From NCBI GenBank assembly GCA_031364845.1, contig JANLWX010000148.1:1-11875 (forward strand): DNA of 11,875 nucleotides, given 5' to 3'. Below the pieces are notes generated by a model. It was not told the origin of the DNA and made no database searches. It was given only the letters and a program-made list of their open reading frames with translations. Source of the DNA: Candidatus Eiseniibacteriota bacterium (lineage in GTDB: Bacteria; Eisenbacteria; RBG-16-71-46). A program made the position numbers and the translations under genes. Of this stretch, positions 1 to 7,491 are shown piece by piece. Numbering within the stretch: the first letter of the stretch is position 1; each line of letters opens with the position of its first letter.

Positions 1-69
1 GGGTCCTCGCGACGTGCGTCTTGCGGGGAGGGTCGGATGCGGGGCCCGCGCCGGCACACCTCCGAGCCG

Positions 70-89
70 TGCCGGCCTTTCGGCCGGCA
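70..89 (-). terminator. GC-rich hairpin just downstream of mmsA (terminator or 3' stabilising stem)
   Basis: The minus strand reads TGCCGGCC-GAAA-GGCCGGCA, a perfect 8-bp stem with a GNRA tetraloop, 10 nt after the mmsA stop. There is no U-tract. Confidence 0.55.
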
Positions 90-99
90 GGACTCGTGA

Positions 100-1602
100 T
101 TACCACCAGCGCGTGATCATCACCTTCTTGTCGGTGTAGAAGTCGATCGCGTCACGTCCGTGCGCCTTCAAGTCACCGAAGAAGCTCTGCTTCGCGCCGC
201 CGAACGGGAAGAACGCCATCGGCGCGGCGACGCCTATGTTGACGCCGAGCATGCTCGGCTCCACGCGATAGCGATACTCGCGCGCGTGACGCCCGCTGCT
301 GGTGAAGATGCTGGTCGCGTTGCCGAGCTCGTGCTTGCGCACGATCTCGACGGCTTCGTCGAAGTCCTTCGCGCGCATGATGCACAGCACCGGGCCGAAG
401 ATCTCTTCCTTGCCGATCGTCATGTCGGGCGTGACGCCGTCGAAGATCGTCGGGCCGAGATACCAGCCGCCCGGCTGCTTCGCGTTCTTGTAGCCGCGTC
501 CATCGAGCAACAGCTTGGCGCCCTCGGCAACACCCTTCTCGATGTAGGCGATGATCTTGTCGCGATGCTGCGACGTGATCACCGGCCCCATCGTGACACC
601 GGGCTCGACGCCGTCGCCGACCGTGATCTTCTTCGCTTCATCGACCAGCCGGTCGCGCATCTTCTCGTAGGCGTCACCGACCGCGAGCACCACGCTGTTG
701 GCAAGGCAGCGCTCGCCCGCGCAGCCGAAGCACGACTCGGTCGAGACCGCCGCCGCGCGCGGAATGTCGGCATCCGGCATCACCACCACGAAGTTCTTGG
801 CCCCACCCAGCGCCTGCACGCGCTTGCCGCTCTTCGCCCCGCGCTCGTAGACGTACTTGGCAATCGGCGTCGAGCCGACGAACGACACGCCCGTGATGCC
901 CGGATGATCGAGGATCGCATCGACCGCTTCCTTGCCGCCGTGCACGAGATTCACCACGCCCTCGGGGAATCCGGCGTCGTGCATGATCTCGAACATGATC
1001 TGCTGCGACATCGGCACGCGCTCGCTCGGCTTCACGAGGAACGTGTTGCCGCACGCGACCGCATGCGGGAGGAACCAGAACGGCACCATCGCCGGAAAAT
1101 TGAACGGCGTGATCGCCGCGAACATTCCCATCGGCTGGCGGATGGTCGAGCAGTCGATGCCGTGCGCGATGTCCTCGAGCGCCGTGCCCATCATGCGATC
1201 CGGAATGCCGATCGCGAGATCGACGTTGTCGATCGCCCGGCGCACGCTGCTGTGCGATTCCTCGAGCGTCTTGCCGTGCTCGAGAGTGACCGTGCGCGCG
1301 ATGTCGTTGAAGCGCTTCTCGAACAACTCCTTGAGCTTGAACAGCGGCTTCACCCGATGGACCGGCGGCGTCTGCCGCCACGCCGGGAACGCCTTCAGGC
1401 CCGCCTCCACCGCGCGATCGACGTCACTCGCCGCACCCAGCGGCACGCGCGCGAGCACCGCACCCGTCGCCGGATTGAACACATCGCCGAAGCGCGCCGA
1501 GTCGGACGGCACCCAGCGGCCGCCGATGTAGTTGTCGAGCGTCTTCACGGCGGTCGCGGTTTCGTGGCCGTTGACGACGGCTGAATCGCGGGGAGTGGTC
1601 AT
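100..1602 (-). CDS. mmsA: CoA-acylating methylmalonate/malonate-semialdehyde dehydrogenase (ALDH family), 500 aa
   Basis: C-terminal part of the 895-aa ORF. The likely start is ATG at 1602 (MTTPRDS...), with AAGGAGG at 1615-1609. Motifs: ITPFNFPAMVP, KPSERVP, SFVGST, GGAKNF, catalytic Cys in GCAGERCLA, EEIFGPV, FPFGGAKQSFFGD and a ...ITRWW end, as in MMSDH/IolA. Confidence 0.93.
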   Translation of the reverse strand: MTTPRDSAVVNGHETATAVKTLDNYIGGRWVPSDSARFGDVFNPATGAVLARVPLGAASDVDRAVEAGLKAFPAWRQTPPVHRVKPLFKLKELFEKRFNDIARTVTLEHGKTLEESHSSVRRAIDNVDLAIGIPDRMMGTALEDIAHGIDCSTIRQPMGMFAAITPFNFPAMVPFWFLPHAVACGNTFLVKPSERVPMSQQIMFEIMHDAGFPEGVVNLVHGGKEAVDAILDHPGITGVSFVGSTPIAKYVYERGAKSGKRVQALGGAKNFVVVMPDADIPRAAAVSTESCFGCAGERCLANSVVLAVGDAYEKMRDRLVDEAKKITVGDGVEPGVTMGPVITSQHRDKIIAYIEKGVAEGAKLLLDGRGYKNAKQPGGWYLGPTIFDGVTPDMTIGKEEIFGPVLCIMRAKDFDEAVEIVRKHELGNATSIFTSSGRHAREYRYRVEPSMLGVNIGVAAPMAFFPFGGAKQSFFGDLKAHGRDAIDFYTDKKVMITRWW

Positions 1603-1608
1603 GCGATG

Positions 1609-1615
1609 CCTCCTT
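1609..1615 (-). promoter_or_regulatory. Shine-Dalgarno site of mmsA
   Basis: Plus-strand CCTCCTT is AAGGAGG on the minus strand, 6 nt upstream of the ATG at 1602. Confidence 0.85.
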
Positions 1616-1839
1616 GAGAGTACGGCGACGGACCCGCGGGCTTTGAGCCCGGCGGGCTCCGAGTGCGTTCGAGTGGAACCCCGGTGCGGGGTGGGCGGTT
1701 CGTGGGGCCAGCATACACCGGGGCCGCGCCCGCGGGGCGGCAAAATCCGGGTGAACTGGCAGCGGGCCTGCCTGCATGTCAGGGGCGTGCCCGGTAAAGT
1801 AGACTCGCCCGGCAGTCCCCCCCATTCCGGAGACCTCTC

Positions 1840-3453
1840 GTGGGCGAAACACGCGTCGACCTGCATCACCTTCTCGAAGACCTCCGTGATGCCTACTCGG
1901 GGTCGCTCGAAGAAACGATCCTCACTGAGATCGCGGCGAACTCGCTCGACTCCGGAGCACGCACGATTCGGCTGCAGTGCGACGCGGCGAACGCCACGTT
2001 CCTCGCGATCGACGACGGTTCCGGCATGCAGCGCCGCGACCTCGCGCGATATCACGACATCGCATCCAGCACGAAAGCTCGCGGGCAAGGAATCGGGTTC
2101 GCCGGAGTCGGCATCAAGCTTGGACTGCTGTTGTGCGAGTACGTGCTCACCGAGACGCGCCGCGGCACCACGCATGTCGCGACGCGGTGGCACCTGGCCT
2201 CCCGGCACAAGGCACCGTGGAAATGGGAACCGCCCACCGGTGTCGTGACCGAGCGCGGAACTGCCGTGCTGCTCAAGCTCACCAATCCGCTTTCGCCGCT
2301 GCTGGATTCGGGCTTCGTCGAGAGCGCTTTGCGGCGTCACTTCCAGCCGCTGTTCGAACCCGCGCTCGCGGCGATGCTCGCCCCGCACTACCCACACGGA
2401 ATCCGTTTCGAAGTGAACGGCGAGCCGATCGATGCGGACACTCACGCGACCGCGGCTCCCGCGGAATCCCTTCCGCTCGAAGTGCGGCTCGCGCGCAAAC
2501 GCAAACCGTCGGCGCTGGGCTATCTGGTGCGTGAAGTGGCGCCACTTCCGGAAGATCGCCGCGGTCTCGCGATCAGCACTCTCGGCAAGGTGATCCGCCG
2601 CGGCTGGGACTGGATCGGAGTCACGCCGGCAACGCCGGATCGCATCAGCGGCCTGGTCGAGGTCCCGGCGCTTTCGGAGTGCCTCACGCTCAACAAGGCC
2701 GACTTCATCCGCACGGGCCCGCGCGGGGCGACCTACCTCGCCTATCGGAAGGCGATTCAGGAAGTGGTCGGCAACGTCCTCGCCCAATGGGGAGACGCGC
2801 GCGATGCCTCAGCCGATACACGTCGGCGCGCCGCCCGTCCGGTGGAGCGCGATCTTGAACGCGTGTTGATCGATCTCGCCGACGACTTCCCGTTGCTCGC
2901 GACACTGGTCGAACGCCGTGAAGGCGGCCAGCGCCGGCTTCCGATCGGCCGCGGTGGCGCGGGTGAAGCGCGCGAACTCTTCGCGGTATCGATGGCAGGT
3001 GCCGCCGATGCAGCACACGAGGCGGCCGCGGCTGCCTTCGCGGGGGCATCGGACTCCAATGGTAATCCGGTCGAGGACGGGGCGTCCGCGACGATTGAAG
3101 CGCCCCCGAACTCCGAGCCATCGAGCGAGGCCGGGCACGCTTCAACCATGACCCTGCCCGCCACGCGCGGGCCGCGCCGGCCGGCGCGCTACGGACTGGA
3201 GATTCAGTTCGACCGCCGCGAGGGTGACTCGGAACTCGGCCGCCTCGTGGATTCGACCGTCTGGGTCAACGAAGCCCATCCCGCCTATCAGCGCGCGGTC
3301 ACTTCACGTTCCGAGGGCTACCACCTGGCACTCACGGTCGCCATGTCGCTCGCGCCGCTCGCCGTGGAAGCCCGCGACGAGCGCGCGTTCGTGACGTCGT
3401 TCCTCGAGCGCTGGGGCGAGGTCGTGACCCAACCGGCGAAACGCGGCCGATGA
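1840..3453 (+). CDS. GHKL-superfamily ATPase (HATPase_c_3 / MORC-like), 537 aa
   Basis: GTG start with GGAG at 1829-1832. Bergerat-fold boxes: N-box TEIAANSLDSG, G1 IDDGSGM, G2 GIGFAGVGIK, G3 RGTAVLL. These are followed by a probable S5-like region, an Ala/Ser/Glu/Pro-rich linker and a small C-terminal domain with VWVNEAHPAY. No sensor or His-phosphoacceptor domain is visible. Confidence 0.85.
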   Translation: MGETRVDLHHLLEDLRDAYSGSLEETILTEIAANSLDSGARTIRLQCDAANATFLAIDDGSGMQRRDLARYHDIASSTKARGQGIGFAGVGIKLGLLLCEYVLTETRRGTTHVATRWHLASRHKAPWKWEPPTGVVTERGTAVLLKLTNPLSPLLDSGFVESALRRHFQPLFEPALAAMLAPHYPHGIRFEVNGEPIDADTHATAAPAESLPLEVRLARKRKPSALGYLVREVAPLPEDRRGLAISTLGKVIRRGWDWIGVTPATPDRISGLVEVPALSECLTLNKADFIRTGPRGATYLAYRKAIQEVVGNVLAQWGDARDASADTRRRAARPVERDLERVLIDLADDFPLLATLVERREGGQRRLPIGRGGAGEARELFAVSMAGAADAAHEAAAAAFAGASDSNGNPVEDGASATIEAPPNSEPSSEAGHASTMTLPATRGPRRPARYGLEIQFDRREGDSELGRLVDSTVWVNEAHPAYQRAVTSRSEGYHLALTVAMSLAPLAVEARDERAFVTSFLERWGEVVTQPAKRGR

Positions 3454-3728
3454 GCGAGCCTATGTCGCTCGAGGGCTTCCCGCGCGATACCTCGCCCGAC
3501 GCCTTGCGGGTCCAGTTCGAGATCCTGCGCCGCCTCACGCCTGCTCAGCGTATCGCGATGGTGGACGGTCTTACGAAACTGGCGCGCGAACTCGCGATCG
3601 CGGGGCTGCGCCGCAGGCACCCCGAGGCGCCCGACGCGCGGATCGAGGAACTGTTCTTCGAGATGACGCTCGGCCCTGAACTCGCCCAGCGTGTACTCGC
3701 CGACCGGCGGGCCAAGCGCGGCCGATGA
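3442..3728 (+). repeat. 12-bp direct repeat CGCGGCCGATGA at 3442-3453 and 3717-3728
   Basis: GCGAAACGCGGCCGATGA (3436-3453) and GCCAAGCGCGGCCGATGA (3711-3728) are 16/18 identical. Both encode AKRGR-stop and contain the ATGA overlap. Confidence 0.8.
3450..3728 (+). CDS. Small helical protein (92 aa), putative antitoxin/partner of the downstream nucleotidyltransferase
   Basis: ATGA overlaps at both ends; alternative ATG at 3462. The pattern DTSPDA..VQ.EILRRLTP.QR....L...AR.LA.AG.RRRHP resembles small proteins I recall directly upstream of this NTase type (from memory, not searched). Confidence 0.75.
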   Translation: MSEPMSLEGFPRDTSPDALRVQFEILRRLTPAQRIAMVDGLTKLARELAIAGLRRRHPEAPDARIEELFFEMTLGPELAQRVLADRRAKRGR

Positions 3729-4303
3729 CACTTCCGTCAGAGTTCGTGGTCGGGATCGCTGCCCTCCTGGAATCGCTCGGCATTCCGTATCAGGTAGGAG
3801 GCTCGATCGCGAGCTCCGCGTACGGCACGTATCGAATGACGGCGGACGTCGATTTCGTGATCGATGTGGATGCGGCCGCACTGGTCCGCCTCGCTGATGC
3901 ATTGACCCCCGACTTCTACGTGAGCAATTCAGCCATGACCGAAGCTCTCGCGCATCGCTCGACCTTCAATGCCATCCACCTCAACACATCGTTCAAAGTC
4001 GACTTCTTCGTTCGTGGCGTGCGGCCATATGACATCGAGGAGTTTCGGCGGCGCGTTCCGCAGACACTGGACGCGACCCACCCACGCCCCGTGATGATGA
4101 TGAGTCCGGAGGACACGGTTCTGCGCAAGCTCGATTGGTTCCGCGCGGGCGGCAGTGTCTCGGAACAGCAGTGGCGCGATGTCGTGGCCGTGCTGAAGGC
4201 GATGGGGCCACGCCTCGACATCGAGCATCTCGAACTCTGGGCAGTGGAACTCGGCGTTTCGGATCTGCTGCGGCGCGCGAAGGAGCAAGCGGGCGTGGCT
4301 TGA
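3725..4303 (+). CDS. Pol-beta-superfamily nucleotidyltransferase, AbiEii/MenT/DUF6036-like (192 aa)
   Basis: N-terminal VGGSIASSAYGTYRMTADVDF matches GG[S]xA...RxTxDxD. A third acidic residue lies in KVDFF. The C-terminal region has PEDTVLRKL and QWRDV (conserved K and D positions), then LD..HL..WA..LG. Confidence 0.85.
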   Translation: MTLPSEFVVGIAALLESLGIPYQVGGSIASSAYGTYRMTADVDFVIDVDAAALVRLADALTPDFYVSNSAMTEALAHRSTFNAIHLNTSFKVDFFVRGVRPYDIEEFRRRVPQTLDATHPRPVMMMSPEDTVLRKLDWFRAGGSVSEQQWRDVVAVLKAMGPRLDIEHLELWAVELGVSDLLRRAKEQAGVA

Positions 4304-4305
4304 CG

Positions 4306-4353
4306 GACTGTCCGCGCAGACAGTCGCACCGCGGTCAACGAAGTTGACCGCGG
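4306..4353. terminator. Tandem hairpins between convergent genes (probable bidirectional terminator)
   Basis: GACTGTC-N6-GACAGTC (4306-4325) and a perfect 11-bp stem CCGCGGTCAAC-GAA-GTTGACCGCGG (4329-4353) lie between the NTase stop (4303) and the NUDIX stop (4370). Confidence 0.7.
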
Positions 4354-4369
4354 CTTCAGTTAGAGCTTT

Positions 4370-4984
4370 TCAACGCACCGATCGCCGCTCATTCACTGCC
4401 ACCGGCTCCGGCGCCTTGGCCTTCCCTCCCGCAACCACGCGCTTCACATCCCGAATCACGAGCTTCATGTGCTCGAACGCAAACCGGTCGCCCGCGCGCC
4501 CGAGCCTAGCCAGCGGCACCCACTCGAGACTCGCGACGTCGTCTGCCGCGCGCGGGACACCGCGGGTCCAATGCCCGAGGTAGTAGAAGTTCATGGTCGG
4601 AAAGAATCCGAAGCCCTTGAGGAAGTAGCGATCCCAGTAGAAGCCGAGCCACTGCATGCGCGCGACGCGCAGGCCGGTTTCTTCCTGGAGCTCGCGGCGC
4701 GCCGCGCCTTCGATCGATTCGCCGGCATCGATGAATCCGCCGGGCGTGTCCAAGAATCCGCGCTTCGGCGCGTGCGCGCGCCGCACCACCAGCACGTCCG
4801 CACCGCGCAGCACGATCACGCCGGCGCATGGGCGCGGATAGTCGTAGATGCGGTAGCGGCACACCGGGCAGCGCAGCTTGACCGGATGCCCCGGCTCGCG
4901 CCGGATCGGCGTGCCGCAACGCGCGCACGGAAACTCGGGGCCGCGGCCGGGCGCTCGCGCACGGCCTTTCGCTGAGGCGCTCAT
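4370..4984 (-). CDS. NUDIX hydrolase with N-terminal zinc ribbon (204 aa)
   Basis: C-terminal part of the 552-aa ORF. The ATG at 4984 overlaps the upstream stop (ATGA). CARC...CPVC zinc ribbon, YDYPRP, and a complete Nudix box GGFIDAGESIEGAARRELQEETGL (GX5EX7REUXEEXGU); later AADDV. Confidence 0.9.
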   Translation of the reverse strand: MSASAKGRARAPGRGPEFPCARCGTPIRREPGHPVKLRCPVCRYRIYDYPRPCAGVIVLRGADVLVVRRAHAPKRGFLDTPGGFIDAGESIEGAARRELQEETGLRVARMQWLGFYWDRYFLKGFGFFPTMNFYYLGHWTRGVPRAADDVASLEWVPLARLGRAGDRFAFEHMKLVIRDVKRVVAGGKAKAPEPVAVNERRSVR

Positions 4985-5817
4985 TCCGCGCTCACCGTCA
5001 CGACCGCGGGCAGCGGCGCAACGGCCGAACGCAGCTCGTCCTCGGCGCGTCCCGGCGTCCAGTGCCCGAAGTTCGCGTAGTGGAACGATCCCGCACGCAC
5101 CACCAGTTGCGCTTCGCCGCCGCCATCCATCGACATCGCGTGCGTAAGATGCAACGGCGAGGATTTGAGCAGCACCGCGAAGTCGTTGAGCGTGTAACTT
5201 CCTTCGCTCGCGATCACGACCAGCCGGTGCTCGTCGTCTTCGCCGACGACCGTGCGCGGAGCGATCTGACTGCTCTTCTTCACACGCACCACGCCCTTGC
5301 GGTCGAACAACATGAACGACTGCGCGACCTCGCGCCATCCCGGGCGCGCGGCATCGATCGGGTGCTCGTCGAGATCGAGCACCTGTGCGCCGTTCCCGCC
5401 GGCCACCGGACCCGCGACCAGCGCCCCTTTGAACGTCGGATGCAGCCGCCGCGACACCGGCTTGCCTCCGCTCACGAGCAATCCCATGTAGGACAGGTCG
5501 GGATAGTACTGGCCGGCGTTGAACACCACGACGGCTTCCGACTTCCGCTGCCATTCCAGGATGTCGAGCGGCTGCTTCGCGACGGCCGCGAAGTGCCGCA
5601 CGCGCGTGCGCGTCTCCGCGGCGTCGATGCGCACGACCGCGATGTCGGAGGAGCCCTGACGGCAGAACGGATCTCCGCGCATGATCGCGAAGTCGATCCC
5701 GCGCGCCACCGACCGGAAACGCGGCGTGCCGGGCCCGCGCGCGAGCACGAGTCCGCCCACCAGCACGGCGAGCAGCGCCGCAAGCCGTCCGATCGGAATG
5801 CGCTTCGGCAGGTTCAT
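4981..5817 (-). CDS. Phosphodiester glycosidase (NAGPA/DUF2233)-family exported protein (278 aa)
   Basis: Basic then hydrophobic N-terminus (KRIPIGRLAALLAVLVGGLVLA), consistent with a signal peptide or anchor. Family motifs VFNAGQY, APRTVVG and AMSMDGGG. ATGA overlaps at both ends. Confidence 0.8.
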   Translation of the reverse strand: MNLPKRIPIGRLAALLAVLVGGLVLARGPGTPRFRSVARGIDFAIMRGDPFCRQGSSDIAVVRIDAAETRTRVRHFAAVAKQPLDILEWQRKSEAVVVFNAGQYYPDLSYMGLLVSGGKPVSRRLHPTFKGALVAGPVAGGNGAQVLDLDEHPIDAARPGWREVAQSFMLFDRKGVVRVKKSSQIAPRTVVGEDDEHRLVVIASEGSYTLNDFAVLLKSSPLHLTHAMSMDGGGEAQLVVRAGSFHYANFGHWTPGRAEDELRSAVAPLPAVVTVSAE

Positions 5818-6887
5818 GACGCGTAACGCCGCAGCGCACTGCGCACGACCAGCAGGTCGCCGACGTTGTCGAGCGTGAGCATGCCGACGATCGCGCCTTG
5901 TTCGAGCACCGGCAGCGCGCGGCGGCCGTGCATGCGCATGCGCCGGATCGCAACTTCGAGCGGCTCTGCCATCTCTGCGTGTTCGCCGTTGCGCGTGACG
6001 ATAGCGCCCGCCGCAGCGCCGGGGCCATGCTTCTTCAGCGCCTGGACGAGATCGTTGCGTCCGAGCATGCCGATCGTGACCCCGTGCTCCACTACCGGGA
6101 AGTCCTGCTGGCTACCGGCCATCAGCAGATCGACCGCACGCTGCAGCGACTCGTGCGCCCCGAGCCAGCGGAAGTCGGTCACCATCGCGTCGCGCACCGA
6201 AACGCCTTTGAGCGAAACGCGCGTCTCCGCCGCCGCGCGCTCCTCCCCCGCGGCGAAATACACGAACAACGCGATGAGCAGCAGCGTGAAGTGGCTCGTG
6301 AACAACCCGGCGAGCCCGATCAGAATCGCGAGCCCCTGCCCCACGCCCGCCGCGATACGCGTCGCGCGCGCATGAGGCATCCGCATCGCGAGCACGGCGC
6401 GCAGCACACGCCCGCCGTCCATGGGAAGTGCCGGGATCATGTTGAACGCAATCATCGCGGCGTTCACATAGAGCAGCAGCTCGGGAATGCCGGCATCGTC
6501 GAAGCGAGCGAGACTGCCCGGATGCACGCCGGCAATCAGCAGCACGGCGACGATCACGACGTTGACCGCGGGACCGGCGAGCGCCACGACCAGTTCCTCG
6601 GATGGCTTCTCGGGCATGCGCTCGAGCCGCGCGAGGCCACCGATCGGCAGCAACACGATGTCGCGCGTCTTGATTCCGTAGCGCCGCGCGGCGGTCACAT
6701 GGCCGAACTCGTGGAGCAGAACACACGCGAAGACCAGCAAAACGGCCGCGACGGAAGACACGGCTTCCGCCGGGCTGCCGGTCGTGAGCCCGCTCGACAG
6801 CGCGATCCAGCCGATGAACAACAGGAATGTGACATGCAGCTCGACGCGAACACCCGCGATCGTGCCGATCCGAAACGACCAGCGCAT
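5814..6887 (-). CDS. Site-2 protease (peptidase M50, SpoIVFB/Rip3-like) with C-terminal CBS pair (357 aa)
   Basis: HEFGH zinc motif in a hydrophobic segment, LLPIGG, AGPAVN and FNMIPALPMDGGR, with several TM segments. C-terminal CBS pair (VRDAM...DFPVV...ALPVL...VGML). Confidence 0.93.
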   Translation of the reverse strand: MRWSFRIGTIAGVRVELHVTFLLFIGWIALSSGLTTGSPAEAVSSVAAVLLVFACVLLHEFGHVTAARRYGIKTRDIVLLPIGGLARLERMPEKPSEELVVALAGPAVNVVIVAVLLIAGVHPGSLARFDDAGIPELLLYVNAAMIAFNMIPALPMDGGRVLRAVLAMRMPHARATRIAAGVGQGLAILIGLAGLFTSHFTLLLIALFVYFAAGEERAAAETRVSLKGVSVRDAMVTDFRWLGAHESLQRAVDLLMAGSQQDFPVVEHGVTIGMLGRNDLVQALKKHGPGAAAGAIVTRNGEHAEMAEPLEVAIRRMRMHGRRALPVLEQGAIVGMLTLDNVGDLLVVRSALRRYAS

Positions 6888-6961
6888 GCGGTGAATGTCC
6901 CACAGCGATGACGCCGGGGGCCAGCGTCCGCGGTCGCGGGCTCGTTCGATGTGTTGCGACC

Positions 6962-6980
6962 CGGACCCGCGGCGGGTCCG
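6962..6980 (-). terminator. Inverted repeat just downstream of the TPR-like gene
   Basis: CGGACCCGC-G-GCGGGTCCG is a perfect 9-bp inverted repeat 6 nt after the stop codon. There is no U-tract. Confidence 0.4.
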
Positions 6981-6986
6981 TCCGAA

Positions 6987-7445
6987 CTACGCGGCGCGTT
7001 CCTCGTCGCCGCCGTCGAGAAACGCGGTCAGCGCTTCGAGATCCTGACGCGCCACGGCGTATCCGGGATTGATCCACAGCGAGTGACACAGAAGCCGGAA
7101 CGCCAGCTCGACGCGGCCGACTTCGAAGCTCGCCGAGGACAGCATGTAGTGGAGCGTGGGATCGTGCGGGGCGAACGACAGTCCGCGCAGCGCGCGCACC
7201 ACCGCTTCACGCTCGCTGCCACGCTCGAGGGCGACCTGAGAAGCCCGCGCCATGGCGGCTCCCGCGTCTGCATCGGGCATCGGATCGAGGCCGGGGATGA
7301 ACAGCTCGAGGTCTTCGAGCAGATGGCGAATCGTCTGCTCGACCCCGGGGTCGATGGGGCTCGCCGTGGATTCACTGACCTCATCGGCGAGGTCACGGAA
7401 CGCGCTGCAGATGTCACCGATCGATGGACGCCAGGGTTCCGACAC
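6987..7445 (-). CDS. Hypothetical protein with C-terminal TPR-like helices (152 aa)
   Basis: GTG start with AGGGAGGG SD at 7460-7453. TPR-like signatures A...ALRGLSFAPHDPTLHYML and G..ELA......L.INPGYAVARQDL. Confidence 0.7.
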   Translation of the reverse strand: MSEPWRPSIGDICSAFRDLADEVSESTASPIDPGVEQTIRHLLEDLELFIPGLDPMPDADAGAAMARASQVALERGSEREAVVRALRGLSFAPHDPTLHYMLSSASFEVGRVELAFRLLCHSLWINPGYAVARQDLEALTAFLDGGDEERAA

Positions 7446-7491
7446 CGCTCAGCCCTCCCTATCAAGCAGGCACGCGCTGACTTCATCAGCG

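Noticed and set aside
160..1584. 474-aa plus-strand ORF and similar long antisense ORFs (5062-5826, 5898-6911, 9111-9821)
   Set aside because: These are shadow frames of well-supported genes in high-GC DNA, Arg/His-rich and without motifs.
1603..2787. 395-aa N-terminal extension of the ALDH ORF (895 aa in the track)
   Set aside because: It is antisense to the GHKL ATPase and crosses the intergenic region. A strong SD and ATG at 1602 give a normal-length MMSDH.
1840..3453. Calling the ATPase a sensor histidine kinase, MutL, GyrB or HtpG
   Set aside because: The GHKL domain is N-terminal with no H-box or TM segments, and signature motifs of those families (GFRGEAL, GGLHGVG, IGQFGVGFYS) are absent.
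4985..6028. Long N-terminal extension of the NUDIX ORF (552 aa)
   Set aside because: It is an alternative frame over the glycosidase and protease genes with Arg/Ala-rich composition. The ATGA-coupled start at 4984 explains the gene.
3450..7445. The 92-aa protein and the TPR-like protein both begin MSEP
   Set aside because: Four residues with different codons and no further similarity; treated as coincidence.
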